The notes: generated from the letters alone by a model not told the origin. Numbered from the stretch's first letter, positions 14,726-28,068 are shown. The stretch is DNA of 64,000 nucleotides from Nemertoderma westbladi (GCA_032718475.1 JAUCBJ010008839.1:33049-97048); one strand, 5' to 3'. Made by a program: numbers and translations.

Positions 14726-14873
14726 GTATAAAAATAAATTTACGACCGATCGAGTTTCTTGCCTTCTTGTCTGTACATACTGATAGCACACCACGGATGA
14801 GGTATAAAAATAAATTTACGACCGATCGAGTTTCTTGCCTTCTTGTCTGTACATACTGATAGCACACCACGGA
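14722..14873 (+). repeat. 76-bp tandem duplication spanning the exon 3 splice donor
   Basis: tgag|gtataaaaataaatttacgaccgatcgag...agcacaccacgga occurs twice (14722 and 14798). Confidence 0.95.
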
Positions 14874-15106
14874 GCATCAATTTAACTTTAAGATATGGCA
14901 TAATTTCCATTAATTATTGTTTTCTGTTGTTGTATAGTAGGCCTATAATACACCACATTCTTACTCTATCGCACGATGACCAATCGCACTGTAACCGACG
15001 ACTTGACTGGAAATAATTATGTGTAACTGTGTTGGTATTACGGTGGGTGGGAATCTATATAGTGTTTATCAGATGCATGGGCGGTAGTAAATAGGGAGAT
15101 CAGCTG

Positions 15107-18100
15107 TTGTTGACGTGGACGATAGCACTGCCATAGACACAGCTCTATTGCGGACGTGGAATATTGCACTGCCATAGACACGGCTCTATTGTGGACGTAG
15201 AATATTGCACTGCCATAGACACAGCTCTATTGCGGACGTGGAATATTGCACTGCCATAGACACGGCTCTATTGTGGACGTAGAATATTGCACTGCCATAG
15301 ACACAGCTCTATTGCGGACGTGGAATAAGCACTGCCATAGACACAGCTCTATTGTGGACGTAGAATATTGCACTGCCATAGACACGGCTCTATTGTGGAC
15401 GTAGAATATTGCACTGCCATAGAGACAGCTCAATTGTGGACGTAGAATATTGCACTGCCATAGACACAGCTCTATTGCGGACGTGGAATATTGCACTGCC
15501 ATAGACACGGCTCTATTGTGGACGTAGAATATTGCACTGCCATAGAGACAGCTCAATTGTGGACGTAGAATATTGCACTGCCATAGACACAGCTCTATTG
15601 TGGACGTAGAATATTGCACTGCCATAGACACGGCTCTATTGTGGACGTAGAACATTACACTACCATGGACACGGCTCTATTGTGGACGTAGAATATTGCA
15701 CTGCCATAGACACGGCTCTATTGTGGACGTAGAATATTGCACTGCCATAGACACGGCTCATTGTGGACGTAGAATATTGCACTGCCATAGACACAGCTCT
15801 ATTGTGGATGTAGGATATTGCACTGCCATAGACACAGCTCTATTGTGGACGTGGAAGATTGCACTGCCATAGACACAGCTCTATTGCGGACGTAGAATAT
15901 TGCACTGCCATAGACACAGCTCTATTGTGGACGTAGAATATTGCACCGCCATAGACACGGCTCTATTGTGGACGTAGAATATTGATCTGCCATAGACACA
16001 GCTCTATTGTGGACGTGGAATATTGCACTGCCATAGACACGGCTCTATTGTGGACGTAGAATATTGCACTGCCATAGACACGGCTCTATTATGGACGTGG
16101 AATATTGCACTGCCATAGACACGGCTCTATTGTGGACGTGGAATATTGCACTGCCATAGACACGGCTCTATTGTGGACGTAGAATATTGCACTGCCATAG
16201 ACACAGCTCTATTGTGGACGTGGAAGATTGCACTGCCATAGACACAGCTCTATTGCGGACGTAGAATATTGCACTGTCATAGACACAGCTCTATTGTGGA
16301 CGTAGGATATTGCACTGCCATAGACACGGCTCTATTGTGGACGTAGAATATTGCTCTGCCATAGACACAGCTCTATTGTGGACGTGGAATATTGCACTGC
16401 CATAAACACGGCTCTATTGTGGACGTAGAATATTGCACTGCCATAGACACGGCTCTATTGTGGACGTAGAATATTGCACTGCCATAGACACAGCTCTATT
16501 GTGGACGTGGAATATTGCACTGCCATAAACTCGGCTCTATTGTGGACGTAGAATATTGCACTGCCATAGACACGTTTCTATTGTGGACGTAGAATATTGC
16601 ACTGCCATAGACACAGCTCTATTGCGGACGTAGAATATTGCACTGCCATAGACACAGCTCTATTGTGGACGTAGGATATTGCACTGCCATAGACACGGCT
16701 CTATTGTGGACGTAGAATATTGCACTGCCATAGACACAGCTCTATTGTGGACGTAGAATATTGCACTGCCATAGACACGGCTCTATTGTGGACGTAGAAT
16801 GTTGCACTGCCATAGACACAGCTCTATTGTGGAAGTTGAAGGTTGCAGTGCCATGACACAACTCTTATTGTGGACGTAGGATATTGCACTGCCATAGACA
16901 CGGCTCTATTGTGGACGTAGAATATTGCACTGCCATAGACACGTTTCTATTGTGGACGTAGAATATTGCACTGCCATAGACACAGCTCTATTGTGGACGT
17001 AGGATATTGCACTGCCATAGACACGGCTCTATTGTGGACGTAGAATATTGCACTGCCATAGACACGGCTCTATTGTGGACGTAGAATATTGCACTGCCAT
17101 AGACACAGCTCTATTGTGGACGTAGAATATTGCACTGCCATAGACACTGCTCTATTGTGAACGTAGGATATTGCACTGCCATAGACACGGCTATATTGTG
17201 GACGTAGAATATTGCACTGCCATAGACACAGCTCTATTGTGGACGTAGAATATTGCACTGCCATAGACATAGCTCTATTGTGGACGTAGGATATTGCACT
17301 GCCATAGACACGGCTCTATTGTGGACGTAGAATATTGCACTGCCATAGACACAGCTCTATTGTGGAAGTTGAAGGTTGCAGTGCCATGACACAGCTCTAT
17401 TGTGGACGTAGAATATTGTACTGCCATAGACACAGCTCAATTATGGACGTATAAAATTGCACTGCCATAGACACGGCTCTATTGTGGAAGTTGAAGTGCC
17501 ATGACACAGCTCTATTGTGGACGAAGAATATTGTACTGCCATAGACACAGCTCTATTGTGGACGTAGGATATTGCACCGCCATAGACACAGCTCTATTGT
17601 GGACGTGGAAGATTGCACTGCCATAGACACGGCTCTATTGTGGACGTGGAAGATTGCACTGCCATAGACACAGCTCTATTGTGACGTGGAATATTGCACT
17701 GCCATAGACACAGCTCTATTGTGGACGTAGAATATTGCACTGCCATAGACACAGCTCTATTGTGGACGTAGGATATTGCACCGCCATAGACACGGCTCTA
17801 TTGTGGACGTAGAATATTGCACTGCCATAGACACAGCTCAATTGTGGACGTATAATATTGCACTGCCATAGACACAACTCTATTGTGGACGTGGAAGATT
17901 GCACTGCCATAGACACGGCTCTATTGTGGACGTGGAAGATTGCACTGCCATAGACACAGCTCTATTGTGACGTGGAATATTGCACTGCCATAGACACAGC
18001 TCTATTGTGGACGTAGAATATTGCACTGCCATAGACACAGCTCTATTGTGGACGTAGGATATTGCACCGCCATAGACACGGCTCTATTGTGGACGTAGAA

Positions 18101-21100
18101 TATTGCACTGCCATAGACACAGCTCTATTGTGGACGTAGAATATTGCACTGCCATAGACACAGCTCTATTGTGGACGTAGGATATTGCACTGCCATAGAC
18201 ACCGCTCCATTGTGGACGTGGAATATTGCACTGCCATAAACTCGGCTCCATTGTGGACGTGGAATATTGCACTGCCATAAACTCGGCTCTATTGTGACGT
18301 GGAATATTGCACTGCCATAGACACAGCTCTATTGTGACGTGGAAGATTGCACTGCCATAAACACGGCTACTTTGTGGACGTAGAATATTGCACTGCCATA
18401 GATACAGCTCTATTGTGGACGTAGAATATTGCACAGTCATAGACACAACTCTATTGTGGACGTAGGATATTGCACTGCCATAGACACGGCTCTATTGTGG
18501 ACGTAGAATATTGCACTGCCATAGACACGGCTCTATTGTGGGCGTAGAATATTGCACTGCCATAGACACATCTCTATTGTGGAAATATAATATTGCACTG
18601 CCATAGAGACAGCTCTATTGTTGACGTAGAATATTGCACTGCCATAGACACAGCTCTACAGTGGACGTAGAAGATTACACTGCCATAGACACAGCTCTAT
18701 TGTGGACGTAGAATATTGCACTGCCATAGACACAGCTCTATTGTGGACGTAGAATATTGCACTGCCATAGACACGGCTCTATTGTGGACGTAGAATATTG
18801 CACTGCCATAGACACAGCTCTATTGTGGAAGTTGAAGGTTGCAGTGCCATGACACAGCTCTATTGTGGACGTAGAATATTGCGCTGCCATAGACACAGCT
18901 CTATTGTGGACGTAGGATATTGCACTGCCATAGACACGGCTCTATTGTGGACGTAGAATATTGCACTGCCATAGACACGGCTCTATTGTGGACGTAGAAT
19001 ATTGCACTGCCATAGACACAGCTCTATTGTGGACGTAGAATATTGCACTGCCATAGACACTGCTCTATTCTGAACGTAGGATATTGCACTGCCATAGACA
19101 CGGCTATATTGTGGACGTAGAATATTGCACTGCCATAGACACAGCTCTATTGTGGACGTAGAATATTGCACTGCCATAGACATAGCTCTATTGTGGACGT
19201 AGGATATTGCACTGCCATAGACACGGCTCTATTGTGGACGTAGAATATTGCACTGCAATAGACACAGCTCTATTGTGGAAGTTGAAGGTTGCAGTGCCAT
19301 GACACAGCTCTATTGTGGACGTAGAATATTGTACTGCCATAGAAACAGCTCAATTATGGACGTATAATATTGCACTGCCATAGACACGGCTCTATTGTGG
19401 AAGTTGAAGTGCCATGACACAGCTCTATTGTGGACGAAGAATATTGTACTGCCATAGGCACAGCTCAATTGTGGACGTATAATATTGCACTGCCATAGAC
19501 ACAGCTCTATTGTGGACGTGGAAGATTGCACTGCCATAGACACGGCTCTATTGTGGACGTGGAAGATTGCACTGCCATAGACACAGCTCTATTGTGACGT
19601 GGAATATTGCACTGCCATAGACACAGCTCTATTGTGACGTGGAATATTGCACTGCCATAAACACGGCTCCTTTGTGGACGTAGAATATTGCACTGCCATA
19701 GACACATCTCTATTGTGGAAATATAATATTGCACTGCCATAGAGACAGCTCTATTGTTGACGTAGAATATTGCACTGCCATAGACACAGCTCTACAGTGG
19801 ACGTAGAATATTACACTGCCATAGACACAGCTCTATTGTGGACGTAGAATATTACACTGCCATTGACACAGCTCTATTGTGGACGTAGAATATTGCACTG
19901 CCATAGACACAGGTCTATTGTGGACGTGGAATATTACACTGCCATAGACACAGCTCTACAGTGGACGTAGAAGATTACACTGCCATAGACACAGCTCTAT
20001 TGTGGACGTAGAATATTGCACTGCCATAGACACAGCTCTATTGTGGACGTAGAATATTGCACTGCCATAGACACAGCTCTATTGTGGACGTAGAATATTG
20101 AACTGCCATAGAGACAGCTCAATTGTGGACGTCGAATATTGCACTGCCATAGACACAGCTCTACAGTGGACGTAGAAGATTACACTGCCATAGACACAGC
20201 TCTATTGTGGACGTAAAATATTGCACTGCTATAGAGACAGCTCAATTGTGGACGTAGAATATTGCACTGTCATAGACACAGCTCTATTGTGGACGTAGAA
20301 TATTGCACTGCCATAGACACGGCTCTATTGTGGATGTAGTATATTGCACTGCCATAGACACAGCTCTATTGTGGACGTAGAATATTACACTGCCATAGAG
20401 ACAGCTCAATTGTGGACGTAGAATATTGCACTCCCATAGACACAGATATATTATGGACTTGGGATATTGCACTGCCATAGACACGGCTCTATTGTGGACG
20501 TAGAATATTGCACTGCCATAGAGACAGCTCAATTGTGGACGTAGAATATTGCACTGCCATAGACACAGCTCTACAGTGGACGTAGAATATTGCACTGCCA
20601 TAGACACAGCTCAATTGTGGACGTAGAATATTGCACTGCCATAGACACAGCTCTACAGTGGACGTAGAATATTGCACTGCCATAGACACAGCTCTATTGT
20701 GGACGTAAAATATTGCACTGCCATAGAGACAGCTCAATTGTGGACGTAGAATATTGCACTGCCATAGACACAGCTCTATTGTGGACGTAGAATATTACAC
20801 TGCCATAGAGACAGCTCAATTGTGGACGTAGAATATTGCACTGCCATAGACACAGCTATATTATGGACTTGGAACATTGCACTGCCATAGACACGGCTCT
20901 ATTGTGGAAGTTGAAAGTTGCAGTGCCATGACACAGCTCTATTGTGGACGTAGAATATTGCACTGCCATAGAGACAGCTCAATTGTGGACGTAGAATATT
21001 GCACTGCCATAGAGACAGCTCAATTGTGGACGTAGAATATTGCACTGCCATAGACACAGCTCTATTGTGGACGTAGAATATTGCACTGCCATAGAGACAG

Positions 21101-21229
21101 CTCAATTGTGGACGTAGAATATTGCACTGCCATAGACACGGCTCTATTGTGGATGTAGAATATTGCACTGCCATAGACACGACTCTATTGTGGACGTAGA
21201 ATATTGCACTGCCATAGACGCAGCTCTAT
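15107..21229. repeat. 41-bp minisatellite, ~150 copies
   Basis: Unit gtggacgtagaatattgcactgccatagacacagctctatt; blocks of variant units recur about 1.9 kb apart. Confidence 0.99.
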
Positions 21230-21422
21230 ATTGTGGTTGTGGACATGGAAGATAGCATGTCCACAATCTAATCGGTTAATATCCGTATGCATTATTTAAG
21301 CGGGACGAATTTAAAAACTATATTTAATAAGTTTATTGAGTAACTTCCAAGTGTACGATTTATATCAAATCTTCCCCTCATTCAAATACGTGCAGTGCAT
21401 AAAATTAACTCAAAGACTCAGA

Positions 21423-21747
21423 CAGGGTTGCCACTCTAGTTCAGTTTCAATTTTCCCTGACTTTATGAAAAAATTCCATGACTGCAGGTACACAGCATTT
21501 TTATAGAATACAGTATACTTATATATTATTGGCCGCTTTATTATATTCCAAACAATGTTACGAGTTAAGCAATTAGAGTGCACCTATATTTAGTGATGCG
21601 AGGAAATCAAAAGGCGAGCGAAGCGAGCAGAAAAATTGTACCCATTTTCGCTTATGAAACATGTTCTGTATATCACATTCCCTGACATTTCAAGAAAAAA
21701 TGAAATTCCCTGACTATTCCAGGTATTCCAAGTGAGTGGCAACCCTG
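21423..21747. mobile_element. hAT-like MITE, 14-bp TIR CAGGGTTGCCACTC, 5-bp TSD TCAGA
   Basis: tcaga|cagggttgccactc ... gagtggcaaccctg|tcaga; internal ttccctgac subterminal repeats. Confidence 0.85.
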
Positions 21748-22101
21748 TCAGATTGTTGAGTGGAGTATAAAAGTTGATGGAGCTGAAGTAGCAAAAGTTT
21801 AACGGAGAAAATAAAATTTCTGACCAGTAAGAAGTCGGATGGTCAAACTATCTCTGTTTCTAAATTCCATGCAATATCAGTACGATATGTAGAAATAATA
21901 TTCCACGACAACATGGTGTATATCGGATACATACAGTATTTATAAAAAACAATTATTAACAATTTATTTAGTGATTCTAATTTTATAAAAATATATCATA
22001 ACAATTTATTATTTATCTATAGTTACTAATATTAGTATAATTATATCTCATTTCTCATGAACTTAAATGTTTAACAACATAAAGTAAACTTCAGTTGGTT
22101 C

Positions 22102-22391
22102 CAGGGTTCCGGAGTTCTGACACTAAAGAACCGACTATCTCGTCAAAAAATAAATTATACTTCGAATACAACTCTGACTAGGACCAAAAAATATAAAACA
22201 ATTGAAAAAATAGACTCATGGTAATAACGTGGGCTAAACAATCATTCTCAAAAATTACTTTCATTTTTTAATAAACAAACCATTATTTTGTTCTAAATAA
22301 TGCTGAATTTTTGAGTCGTTGTCCTGTGCATAAATTTTTAAGGACTCCAGCTAAAAACATGGACTAGAGGGGACTCAAATCCGGAACCCTG
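22102..22391. mobile_element. Possible old MITE (12-bp TIR CAGGGTTCCGGA) in the NELF-B 3' UTR region
   Basis: cagggttccgga ... tccggaaccctg; no TSD visible. Confidence 0.45.
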
Positions 22392-22409
22392 ATAATTACA
22401 AACAATAAA

Positions 22410-23072
22410 CTAATCGGACTCCATATTATCTGAAACATCAGTATCTTCGTCGTCTTTACTAAGAACTGATTTATCCAGTTTATCTCTCAACGTAGTGTAC
22501 GCTTTATGCACCGGCACGGAATGCTCCTCGCCAGGACGAACAACTTCCAGGATCGTAACGAGAATATCTACTGGCATCTTATAGGCCACGAAGTACAGCA
22601 AGCGAACCACGTGTTTGATAACGTTCTCCTGGGAAGACGAACTTCGTAGCAGAAACTCGTCGAACACACCTTGACAGAACGCGGGTCTGGCGAACTCGTC
22701 CGGTATCGAGCACAAAGAGGAAACGAGTCCGTTTATCAGACTATCGTTCTGCCAGATATCCAGTTCGCAGTCGGCTAGTAACGGCAACAAACGCGGGATG
22801 TTGTGTCTCCCGTAGTTTCCGTTACAGACTTTATCTACGTATTGGAGGGTTATTAGCACGGCTAGTTTGTTGCATTTAATCCCGGCGACCACGGTCTTTG
22901 GGAGGGGCTCGGGTGTGGGCAGGGAGCCCGGCTCATCCTCGGGGTGGTCCCGAGCTAACTCCTCGATTATACGGGAGTCCGACAGTCGGATCTGGTCGTC
23001 CACCATCACGGACTGGATGGACGGGACGAGTTTACTGATGGTGTCGGAGGATAGACGCGGCTCCTTAAACAC
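22410..23072 (-). CDS. NELFB: Negative elongation factor B (COBRA1), exon 2
   Basis: ttacccag|VFKEPRL... continues exon 1 as DIIDSQ|VFKEP, matching the NELF-B WDMIDSQVFKEP motif; LMVDD-like VMVDDQ; stop at 22410. Confidence 0.9.
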   Translation of the reverse strand: MFKEPRLSSDTISKLVPSIQSVMVDDQIRLSDSRIIEELARDHPEDEPGSLPTPEPLPKTVVAGIKCNKLAVLITLQYVDKVCNGNYGRHNIPRLLPLLADCELDIWQNDSLINGLVSSLCSIPDEFARPAFCQGVFDEFLLRSSSSQENVIKHVVRLLYFVAYKMPVDILVTILEVVRPGEEHSVPVHKAYTTLRDKLDKSVLSKDDEDTDVSDNMESD

Positions 23073-23724
23073 CTGGGTAATAAAGATAATAAAGTAAAAC
23101 TAATTTAAACTAAAACATGTAAATAAAATTTATCGAAACTTAAAGCCTCGGTTATATTATTATTAGGAACTTGTGTGCGCATCGATTATACCATACTTCC
23201 GGGATCCGTAGTAGACTTCCGGGATGCGTCATGGACCAATTTCTAGCAACTTCCGGGTCAAACCCGCTAATTCTGGTTACCAGTAATCTACTTAACATAG
23301 CGAAGTGAAAAAAAAACAAATTATTATAAAATAAAACAACTCGAAAAAGTTTAAAGTAAAAGACAGACAACAGAACCGTTAAAAAAATATAATTAAATTG
23401 AGATAAGTTGTTGAGTTAGACAATATATAATAATAGATACCTAGGAACCTGAGCTGAAGATTAATAATAATTAATTAATCAATGATGGGGAACTGGACGA
23501 GAGTAACATCTCGTCTTAGTGTTAAATAATCAATTAAGGGAAAGAAGCGGGTTACAGTGGCAAGTTATTCTAACCAAAACAATAAACAAATATCAATAGA
23601 ACAGGTTACAGTTACAGTATATTTTTAAGAGTTTTCAATTTTCCCCTTGAGAATATCTGCTTAAATCACACCATACATCTAAAATAAAACAATACCGCGG
23701 TATGTAAATATCACACGACAATAC

Positions 23725-24798
23725 CTGGGAATCTATAATATCCCACGCCGATAAGGCGAGGTTAGCTAATCGGAGTAGCAAAGCGATCTCTCGGTTATCG
23801 CGGGGTAATCCTTCACTAACAACCACCACCTGCTCCAACAGGTTAACTATACTACGAGATATCGTGTATATCGCGAAGGGGTCGCACAATATCATCGCGA
23901 TATCCCCGAGTACCTCCTGCCCTTTACGCAACCCGTCGAGGTACTTCTCCAACTGAATCCCCCGTTTAGTGTCTATCATTCGCTCCCGGATACACGCATC
24001 CAGACACCACGCGAACTTATGACACAAATCCACCTCGCAAATCGCGTTGTTATTCGCATCGTGCAGCGCCATTAACAACTCCGCTCGCAATGTGCAATAA
24101 TGGACATTGCGTGTTCGCAGGAACAATGTGCGAAGAAACTGCAACGTAACATCGTACAGTTTAACCTGCTGGCCTATCATTTCTAATTGTTTAGCTATTA
24201 GTTCGCTTTGCCTGCGAGTTTTAGGGGAAACAGAATATAAGGAATTCTTCGTGGATAAACTGAACATGGATTCCTCTTTGTGCGAAACATATTCCGTTAG
24301 TAAAGGGGATAATTCGTCGCCGAATAAACTCTGATTCTGTCGCCAAATATGTCGTTTAACTTCGATGGGACAATCTCGATACAATTCTTTATCGGTAACA
24401 AGTTTTTTTATTGTTCCGGGAGGGATTGTATCCACACGTTGTAGTAAATGCATTACTATCGGTCGCAGCACAGGCACTTTTATTACTGGGTAGGACTTCG
24501 CTAAGAGTTCTAGCAACTGTTTCTGCCCGGATTTCTGGTCCGGTGGTTCCGTTTTAGAGGCCAAGGCGTCGATTCGCTCCATCAGACGGGTTCGCAACTC
24601 GAGGAATACCGACTGGTGGAACTGCAGCCGTCGGACGTTGTGCAGGTCGAGTAGCGGCAAGGCCGGTTGCAACGAAGGGAGGAGAATTCCGTTCTCCGTT
24701 TGGAACTCCTCGATCGCTCGCAGGGGGTCGCTGCAGTTAGTCAACGTGTCCCTGAGATACTCGCTGCCTGGGATACCGATCTCTTCGAGTCCCGACAT
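23725..24798 (-). CDS. NELFB: Negative elongation factor B (COBRA1), exon 1
   Basis: TLTNCSDPLRAIEEFQTENGILLPSLQPALPLLDLH, LQFLRTLFLRTRNVHYCTLRAELLMALHD and CHKFAWCLDACIRE are diagnostic of NELF-B. Donor CAG|GTAT at 23724; the joined protein is 578 aa. Confidence 0.95.
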
Positions 24799-26539
24799 TG
24801 TACTTGTAGGCCTAACAACGGTTGCGTTTTGCGTACGGTCGGCACGGTAGCAGGAAAACAGGCAGTAAAATGAAAAGCTACAAAGGTGACCAAGTGCAAG
24901 TACTACTGCTGGCAGCCCAGCAGCATACTAGTCAGCTAGTAGGAGTAGCTGAGTAGGCCTACCGTAGAACCGTGCCGTTCGTTATCGGTCACTGGTAGCC
25001 GGTAGCGTAAACTAAAAAATGGAGGGAATGATTAAAATATTAATAAAAAAAATAAATAAAAAAATATATAATAAAAATTAAAAATAAAACGATGGAATGC
25101 AGTTTCGTGTACCAGTAAATTTTTGCATAGGCAACCAATGACTGAATGATGAATCGAACTAGAGCCTTTCTGCCTTTAGAGTTAAATTCAAATATGCTCA
25201 ATCCAGCAATCCAACAAAAGTTATTGGGAAGTTTGGTTTGGTGTGTTAGAGGTGTAAAGGCATGACTCATGGTACAGCAGCAGCTTGGAGTCAGGCAGTA
25301 CTGGTGCAGGCTGCAGGGCGGCCCTTTCATCAGTTCATTGCAAAACCCAGAATCCCCATCACTTTTCATTTTGAGAAAAACGCAAGACTTTGAACCTTCT
25401 GCGATTGATGATCAAACTATGAAATCAACCCAAAATTTCTCAGCAATTTTTGACGTATGGCCTTTTCACACTTTAGCTACGCCTACGATATGCAATACCG
25501 GTACCGGTTGCCGGTAAATGATTATTACTTTTACCGCATTGCGATGCTGTGCGATGTGAGTACGGTTCTCGCTACCCCGGGATCTGATATTTCTCTCAGC
25601 ATTCTGCGGAGCAGGCGAAGCCTTAAATAATAATAAAAGTTAAAAACTCTTTTATTAATCTATAACATATCAAATGAAATAAAAATAAGAATATTACCCG
25701 CAGGAACACCCGTGCAATAATTAATAATCAATAATTAATAAAATGGTTGAGTCAAACAATTCAGTAACGAAGGTTGGTAATAGCGCGATACGGGTCGGCA
25801 GGGCCCGCGGTATTAGGTGGGTATGGGTCGGTACAACTCTGTATTATATATATCGCTGATTCTCTACTCCATGCATGTCGTTATGGCCCTGTATGCATCG
25901 GTAGCTAATGCCCAGAAACCCCAGATGATACCAAAATAAACTCCATAGATCTGTATAGTGATCTTATTTGAATTTACCTCTCTTTTATGAAAGCTCTACT
26001 GTAGTCCGATTAATTCAATGTTTACCTTCGCAAAAACTCACCTACGCGAAACTGATTCCATCGGCTACGCGTAGCCTACACCGACGCGGGAAAGTCAAAC
26101 CCCAAAGACAGGTTGACAACATGTAATATGTTGCTTAATAAATGTTATAATGTGCTACATAACAACACTTGTACGGAATATAAGATTCCTTTAAAATATA
26201 AATTGTGGAAAAATTATGTAAGTCGATAAATATTTTAATTTTTATCTCACGAAAAGCGGCGTTACATTATTTATTATAGATGATTCGTAACTTGCATTAC
26301 GGATGGATTTATCATGTAAATTAAATAAATAATTTTTAATAGTTTGAAAATGACAATTCAAATGTATCAGTTCTGAGATATACTGTTGCATGTAGGCCTG
26401 AAATAACATTAAAAAAATTATATTCATTCAGCCAGATAGATCTGGTTGAATGATAGATCATAAATCATAAATAATATAACACACTTCTTGGGGCCTTCGC
26501 CCACACGGATGGGGGTAAACGCTACACCTACTTTTAGAC

Positions 26540-26595
26540 TGGTTAGTAAAGAAGCAGGTTACAGAGGCGGGTTGAAGGAACCAAAACAATAAATG
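26540..26595 (-). mobile_element. MITE family A internal fragment
   Basis: ggttagtaaagaagcaggttacagaggcgggttgaaggaaccaaaacaataaa is the reverse complement of the family core. Confidence 0.7.
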
Positions 26596-27309
26596 AGATC
26601 TGGTACTATTTCAGAAAACCAAATTTAATTGAGAATAAACACCTTGAGAATCAACACTCAGATGCATAGGCCTACAGGCTTATAAATACTGTTCATAGGC
26701 GTATGTACGCGTATATAGGTGTATATGTAGGTGTAGGCATTTACCCATTACCCCCATATGTGGGTGTAGGTGTAGTAATTTACCCATTAACCCCACACGT
26801 AAGTCCAGATGAGCCTTTGTGTAGAGTTACAATTATTGGACCTAGTCGTTCGCCCCCTAGCGGTCGACGGATGAACTACAGAAGTCTGTCTGTGTGTATA
26901 ATTTCTAAACGTTTTATAGACTATGTAATATGTATACCAAATTGGGTTCCATTTCATCAAAGATTCACCGACTTATTAACATTCAAATATTTTCGTTGCC
27001 AGCGACGACGACAAAAACAAACACGACGACAGGCGGGTCAACTAATTATAATTATATCCCCACGTTAAGGCTCACCTGGACTTATGTAGCTCGCCCCGCT
27101 GCACACACAGTAGCACACAACATTATTTAGGACTGAAGCACATACAGTAGGCCTAGGCATAATTATATGTAGGGCCTTGCGAATTATTTTTTCTTTTTAC
27201 ATTTTTGTAATTATTTTTTTGAATTTTTTTCGAAAATATTTTTTTTCTTTTTTTTCGATATTATTAATTTAATTTTTTCGAAAGTATTTTTCTTTTTTCG
27301 AAAGTATTT

Positions 27310-27565
27310 TTTGTTGAAAATGCCGGCTAACCCAACATCATGCTCTTCCAGATCTCACGATGACCATACACTTTCCAAGATTATCCCTATTCCCAAGTCC
27401 TGTGTTCTTGAGCATTTGAGGAAAGTATTTGGCTGTCCACCGCGCCTATTCTCACCAGCAGACTGCCATAGTACAAGGTTGTGTACAGGATCATCCTGAG
27501 GCAAAAATAATTCCCAGCAATCTTAAAGCGGCGTCTCTACAGGGTGATGCTGGGTCTTAGCAATG
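27310..27565 (-). mobile_element. RTE-clade LINE 3' fragment
   Basis: The minus strand reads RRRFKIAG..PVHNLVLWQ..RRGGQPNTF..NTGL, homologous to the + strand RTE remnants at 29810 and 55490. Confidence 0.65.
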
Positions 27566-27647
27566 AGTGAATGTTATACACGTAATATAATATACTATAC
27601 TAATAATATACTATACTATGCTATAGGCCTACCTGGTAATCACTATC

Positions 27648-28068
27648 AGGGTGACTACTGTACATAACAAAGACCAAAGACCCAAATAATGTATAAATTG
27701 AATTGAATAAATTGAATAATGAATAAATAAATGTATAATATTGTAACATGTGTTAACCTTCGTTTATTGTTTTGGTTCCCCAACACGCATCTGTAACCTG
27801 CTCCTTTACTAACCTGATCCTTTAAATGGCAATGGGACCTAACCCTCTATGGCAATGGGAACTAACGGTCTTTGGGACCTAATACGACTTTAGCTCTTTG
27901 TTTTTCGCCCCAAAGGGCGTTAGGTCCCATTGCCATTAAAAGGACCAGCTAAGTAAAGGAGCAGGTTACAGAGGCGTGTTGGGGGGAACCAAAACAATAA
28001 ACGAAAGTTAACAATATTATACAGGTCTTTATTATTTGGGTCTTTGGTCTTTGCTTTATAGTCACCCC
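27648..28068. mobile_element. MITE family A copy 2, with long inverted arms
   Basis: gggtgacta..caaagaccaaagacccaaataat ... attatttgggtctttggtctttg..tagtcaccc; the internal core at 27750-27842 is mirrored at 27920-28020. Confidence 0.8.

Noticed and set aside
15107-21229. CRISPR-like appearance of the regular arrays (also 35859, 42975, 49966, 57046)
   Set aside because: The units are head-to-tail with no unique spacers, there are no cas genes, and the context is eukaryotic.
23635-23724. C-terminal VLSCDIY... extension of the 387-aa ORF
   Set aside because: It is intron read-through; NELF-B homology continues in exon 2 after the CAG|GT donor.
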